Below, piece by piece: positions 55,964 through 57,761 of a stretch of 57,761 bases of DNA. Numbering within the stretch: position 1 is the first letter of the stretch; each line of letters opens with the position of its first letter. This DNA is from Patescibacteria group bacterium (GTDB taxonomy: Bacteria; Patescibacteriota; Patescibacteriia; JACQRZ01). A program made the position numbers and the translations under genes. The stretch spans positions 1 through 57,761 of the forward strand of contig JBBTRI010000010.1 of the NCBI GenBank assembly GCA_038065255.1, in the 5' to 3' direction. The notes below the pieces were generated by a model. The model was given only the letters and a program-made list of their open reading frames with translations, was not told the DNA's origin and ran no database searches.

Positions 55964-57223
55964 TTATGATTTTTTAAGATAAGGTAAAACAGGCAACTCC
56001 TTTCCCGCCAACACATAAAGAGAAGCTCCACCGCCAGTGGAAACAAAGGAATATTTTTTGTGCAACCCAAGTGATTTTATGACTATCTCCGTATCTCCCC
56101 CTCCGATAATCGTTGTACCCTTATTTGCAGCTATACTTTCTGCAATTGCTTTCGTTCCGGTAGAAAATTGTTGGAGCTCTGAATATCCCATGGGCCCATT
56201 CCAGAAGATTGTCTTGGCTTTTTTGATAATTGACGAATAATAGTTGGCAGTATTGGGGCCAATATCCAAATACATCCAATTCCATGGCAGAGGATGATCT
56301 CCGGTAAGGTCGACAATTTCTGTTTGAGCGAGATCTTGAGCTTTTGAAGCTGCGACCAGGTCAATCGGAAGCACAAGTTTTGGGATTGACTGATTATGGC
56401 CAAGATTAACAAAAATACCCTTTGCTTTTGCCAAAATATGCTCAGCGACAGAGTACATATGTTGCTGGCGCTTTTTACTGTCGATCGGTGGATCTTCAAT
56501 AAGTGATGCTGAAATCTTTACTCCTTCTGCTTTCAAAAAATTATGCGCCATCGCTCCGCCAATCAAAATAATATCAGCTATGCCAAGCAAGTGTTCAAGC
56601 GCTTCTACTTTGTCTGAAATCTTTGCTCCCCCCATCACAACAACAAAAGGATACTTTGGCTTCGCAAGTAAACTGGTGAGCGTTTTGTATTCCTGCAGCA
56701 TGCTCAAACCACACACACTCGGCAGCAGTGAAAGAATTCCGGTGATAGAGGGGCATTCCCGATGGCTTTGAGCAAATGCATCAAAAACAACACAATCGGC
56801 ATACGAAGCGAGCGTTGCAGCAAATGCAGCATCGTTTGTCTCTTCTCCTTGAGAAAAACGAACATTTTCCAGCATAACGATATCACTGGGCTTCATGGCA
56901 TCCAATGCCTTTTGCACATCAGGACCGGTACAAGTATCGAGTTTTTTGACGGGGCGATTAATGATTGTGGAAAGTGATTTTGCGACAGGGTTGAGCTTAT
57001 CTTTTTCTACCACCTTTCCTCCGGGCCGGTTCAAGTATGTAACAATAACTATCCGACACTTCTTTTTGATAAGATGTCGGAGTGTTGGTATAGTAGCACG
57101 AATCCTGCTGTCATCCGCAACGATCCAACCGATGCCTTTCCGGCGCAGGGGAACATCATAGGCAACGCGAAACAGTACGCGCTTACCTTTGAGATCAATA
57201 TCATCAAGTGTCTTAAGAATCAT
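55964..57223 (-). CDS. pgk: phosphoglycerate kinase
   Basis: ATG at 57223 gives MILKTLDDIDLKGKRVLFRVAYDVP. Also contains NGPMG and STGGGASL. The track ORF is extended upstream to 57346. Confidence 0.95.
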   Translation of the reverse strand: MILKTLDDIDLKGKRVLFRVAYDVPLRRKGIGWIVADDSRIRATIPTLRHLIKKKCRIVIVTYLNRPGGKVVEKDKLNPVAKSLSTIINRPVKKLDTCTGPDVQKALDAMKPSDIVMLENVRFSQGEETNDAAFAATLASYADCVVFDAFAQSHRECPSITGILSLLPSVCGLSMLQEYKTLTSLLAKPKYPFVVVMGGAKISDKVEALEHLLGIADIILIGGAMAHNFLKAEGVKISASLIEDPPIDSKKRQQHMYSVAEHILAKAKGIFVNLGHNQSIPKLVLPIDLVAASKAQDLAQTEIVDLTGDHPLPWNWMYLDIGPNTANYYSSIIKKAKTIFWNGPMGYSELQQFSTGTKAIAESIAANKGTTIIGGGDTEIVIKSLGLHKKYSFVSTGGGASLYVLAGKELPVLPYLKKS

Positions 57224-57246
57224 AGAATAATCTATATAACCACAAG

Positions 57247-57597
57247 CTAAAGGAATACCTCCTTTAAGCAATAGCTTATTATGCATGGCACTCTTTTTGA
57301 TCCGGTTGGTATTCCTTGCGGAGATTCCGTTGAAACAAGTTGCCATTTTTCAAATGAAGGAAAATATACTGCAAGGATTGCAAGTTTTTTCAATTCCTCA
57401 TTATTGAGATCGCCTGCTATTGTTATATTCACGCCGTTTTCTGATATTTTTGGATTATATCCAGATGTTTGATGAATAAAATGTATTACACCTTCCGGAA
57501 TTCCAGCTTTGGTGAGAAAGAGTTGTGCATTTTCTTTGCTAAACGGTTCTGTCGCTCTTGTCTTAAACAAGTTGAATATGTTCATACAGTGCCTCAT
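57247..57597 (-). CDS. hypothetical 116-aa protein embedded between gap and pgk
   Basis: The ORF start overlaps the gap stop (ATGA at 57594-57597). It ends 23 nt before the pgk ATG. I recognise no family. Confidence 0.5.
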   Translation of the reverse strand: MRHCMNIFNLFKTRATEPFSKENAQLFLTKAGIPEGVIHFIHQTSGYNPKISENGVNITIAGDLNNEELKKLAILAVYFPSFEKWQLVSTESPQGIPTGSKRVPCIISYCLKEVFL

Positions 57598-57761
57598 TTT
57601 CCAATATGAAGTGCCATCTCAACCAAACGGCAAGAATAGCCCCACTCATTGTCGTACCATGCGATCACTTTTACAAAATCTCCGTCTACCACCTTGGTCA
57701 TAGAAAGATCCACAACTGCCGAGTAGCTGCTCTTGATAAAATCAGATGATACTACAGGCTC
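57594..57761 (-). CDS. gap: glyceraldehyde-3-phosphate dehydrogenase, C-terminal fragment (truncated by the window edge)
   Basis: My own translation of the reverse strand gives [55 protein letters not shown]. It contains the GAPDH C-terminal WYDNEWGYS signature. Confidence 0.9.
   Translation of the reverse strand, partial: EPVVSSDFIKSSYSAVVDLSMTKVVDGDFVKVIAWYDNEWGYSCRLVEMALHIGK

Noticed and set aside
1-57761. Possible alternative genetic code (UGA recoding, as in some CPR lineages).
   Set aside because: TGA terminates conserved genes at their expected lengths (hicB, lepB, ybeY, cysS, mreB, gap). I found no conserved gene that needs read-through of TGA.

Overview
This is a 57.8-kb, tightly packed bacterial chromosome segment of roughly 40% GC, judged by eye and by a few hand-counted lines. 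Its content suggests a reduced-genome Patescibacteria/CPR-like organism (inference): a compact housekeeping set, a DUF4012 protein, several thrombospondin-type-3 (TSP3) repeat membrane proteins, a pilin-like surface protein and a ProRS without the INS editing domain. The standard genetic code applies, because TGA, TAA and TAG all terminate well-conserved genes. I support 48 protein genes. Named ones are hicBA, lepB, hisS, rpsU, ybeY, dgkA, ftsA, ftsZ, scpB, tpiA, rpmG, uppS, cysS, rplU, recR, dnaB, gltX, rnhA, recJ, lepA, mreBC, proS, gpmI, eno, pgk and a partial gap. The rest are envelope and glycosyltransferase genes plus hypotheticals. There are five tRNAs (Thr-GGT, Tyr-GTA, Thr-TGT, Pro-CGG, Lys-TTT). 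An RNase P RNA lies on the minus strand under two spurious track ORFs. Several track ORFs begin at upstream TTG/GTG codons, and I trimmed them to the likely ATG. The best candidate for something new is the 4.3-17.1 kb surface locus. It encodes a pilin-like/Ig-domain membrane protein, a giant Cys-rich mosaic protein of about 3,070 aa, and two TSP3 Ca-binding membrane proteins. The giant protein carries a Cys-heptad array and a 2 x 849-bp tandem duplication that is 602 nt identical. Other points worth a second look are a single-gene GC-rich island (30.9-32.2 kb), an RNase P RNA of about 600 nt, and an orphan ORF translationally coupled inside the gap-pgk operon. I saw no CRISPR array, integrase, transposase or reverse transcriptase.
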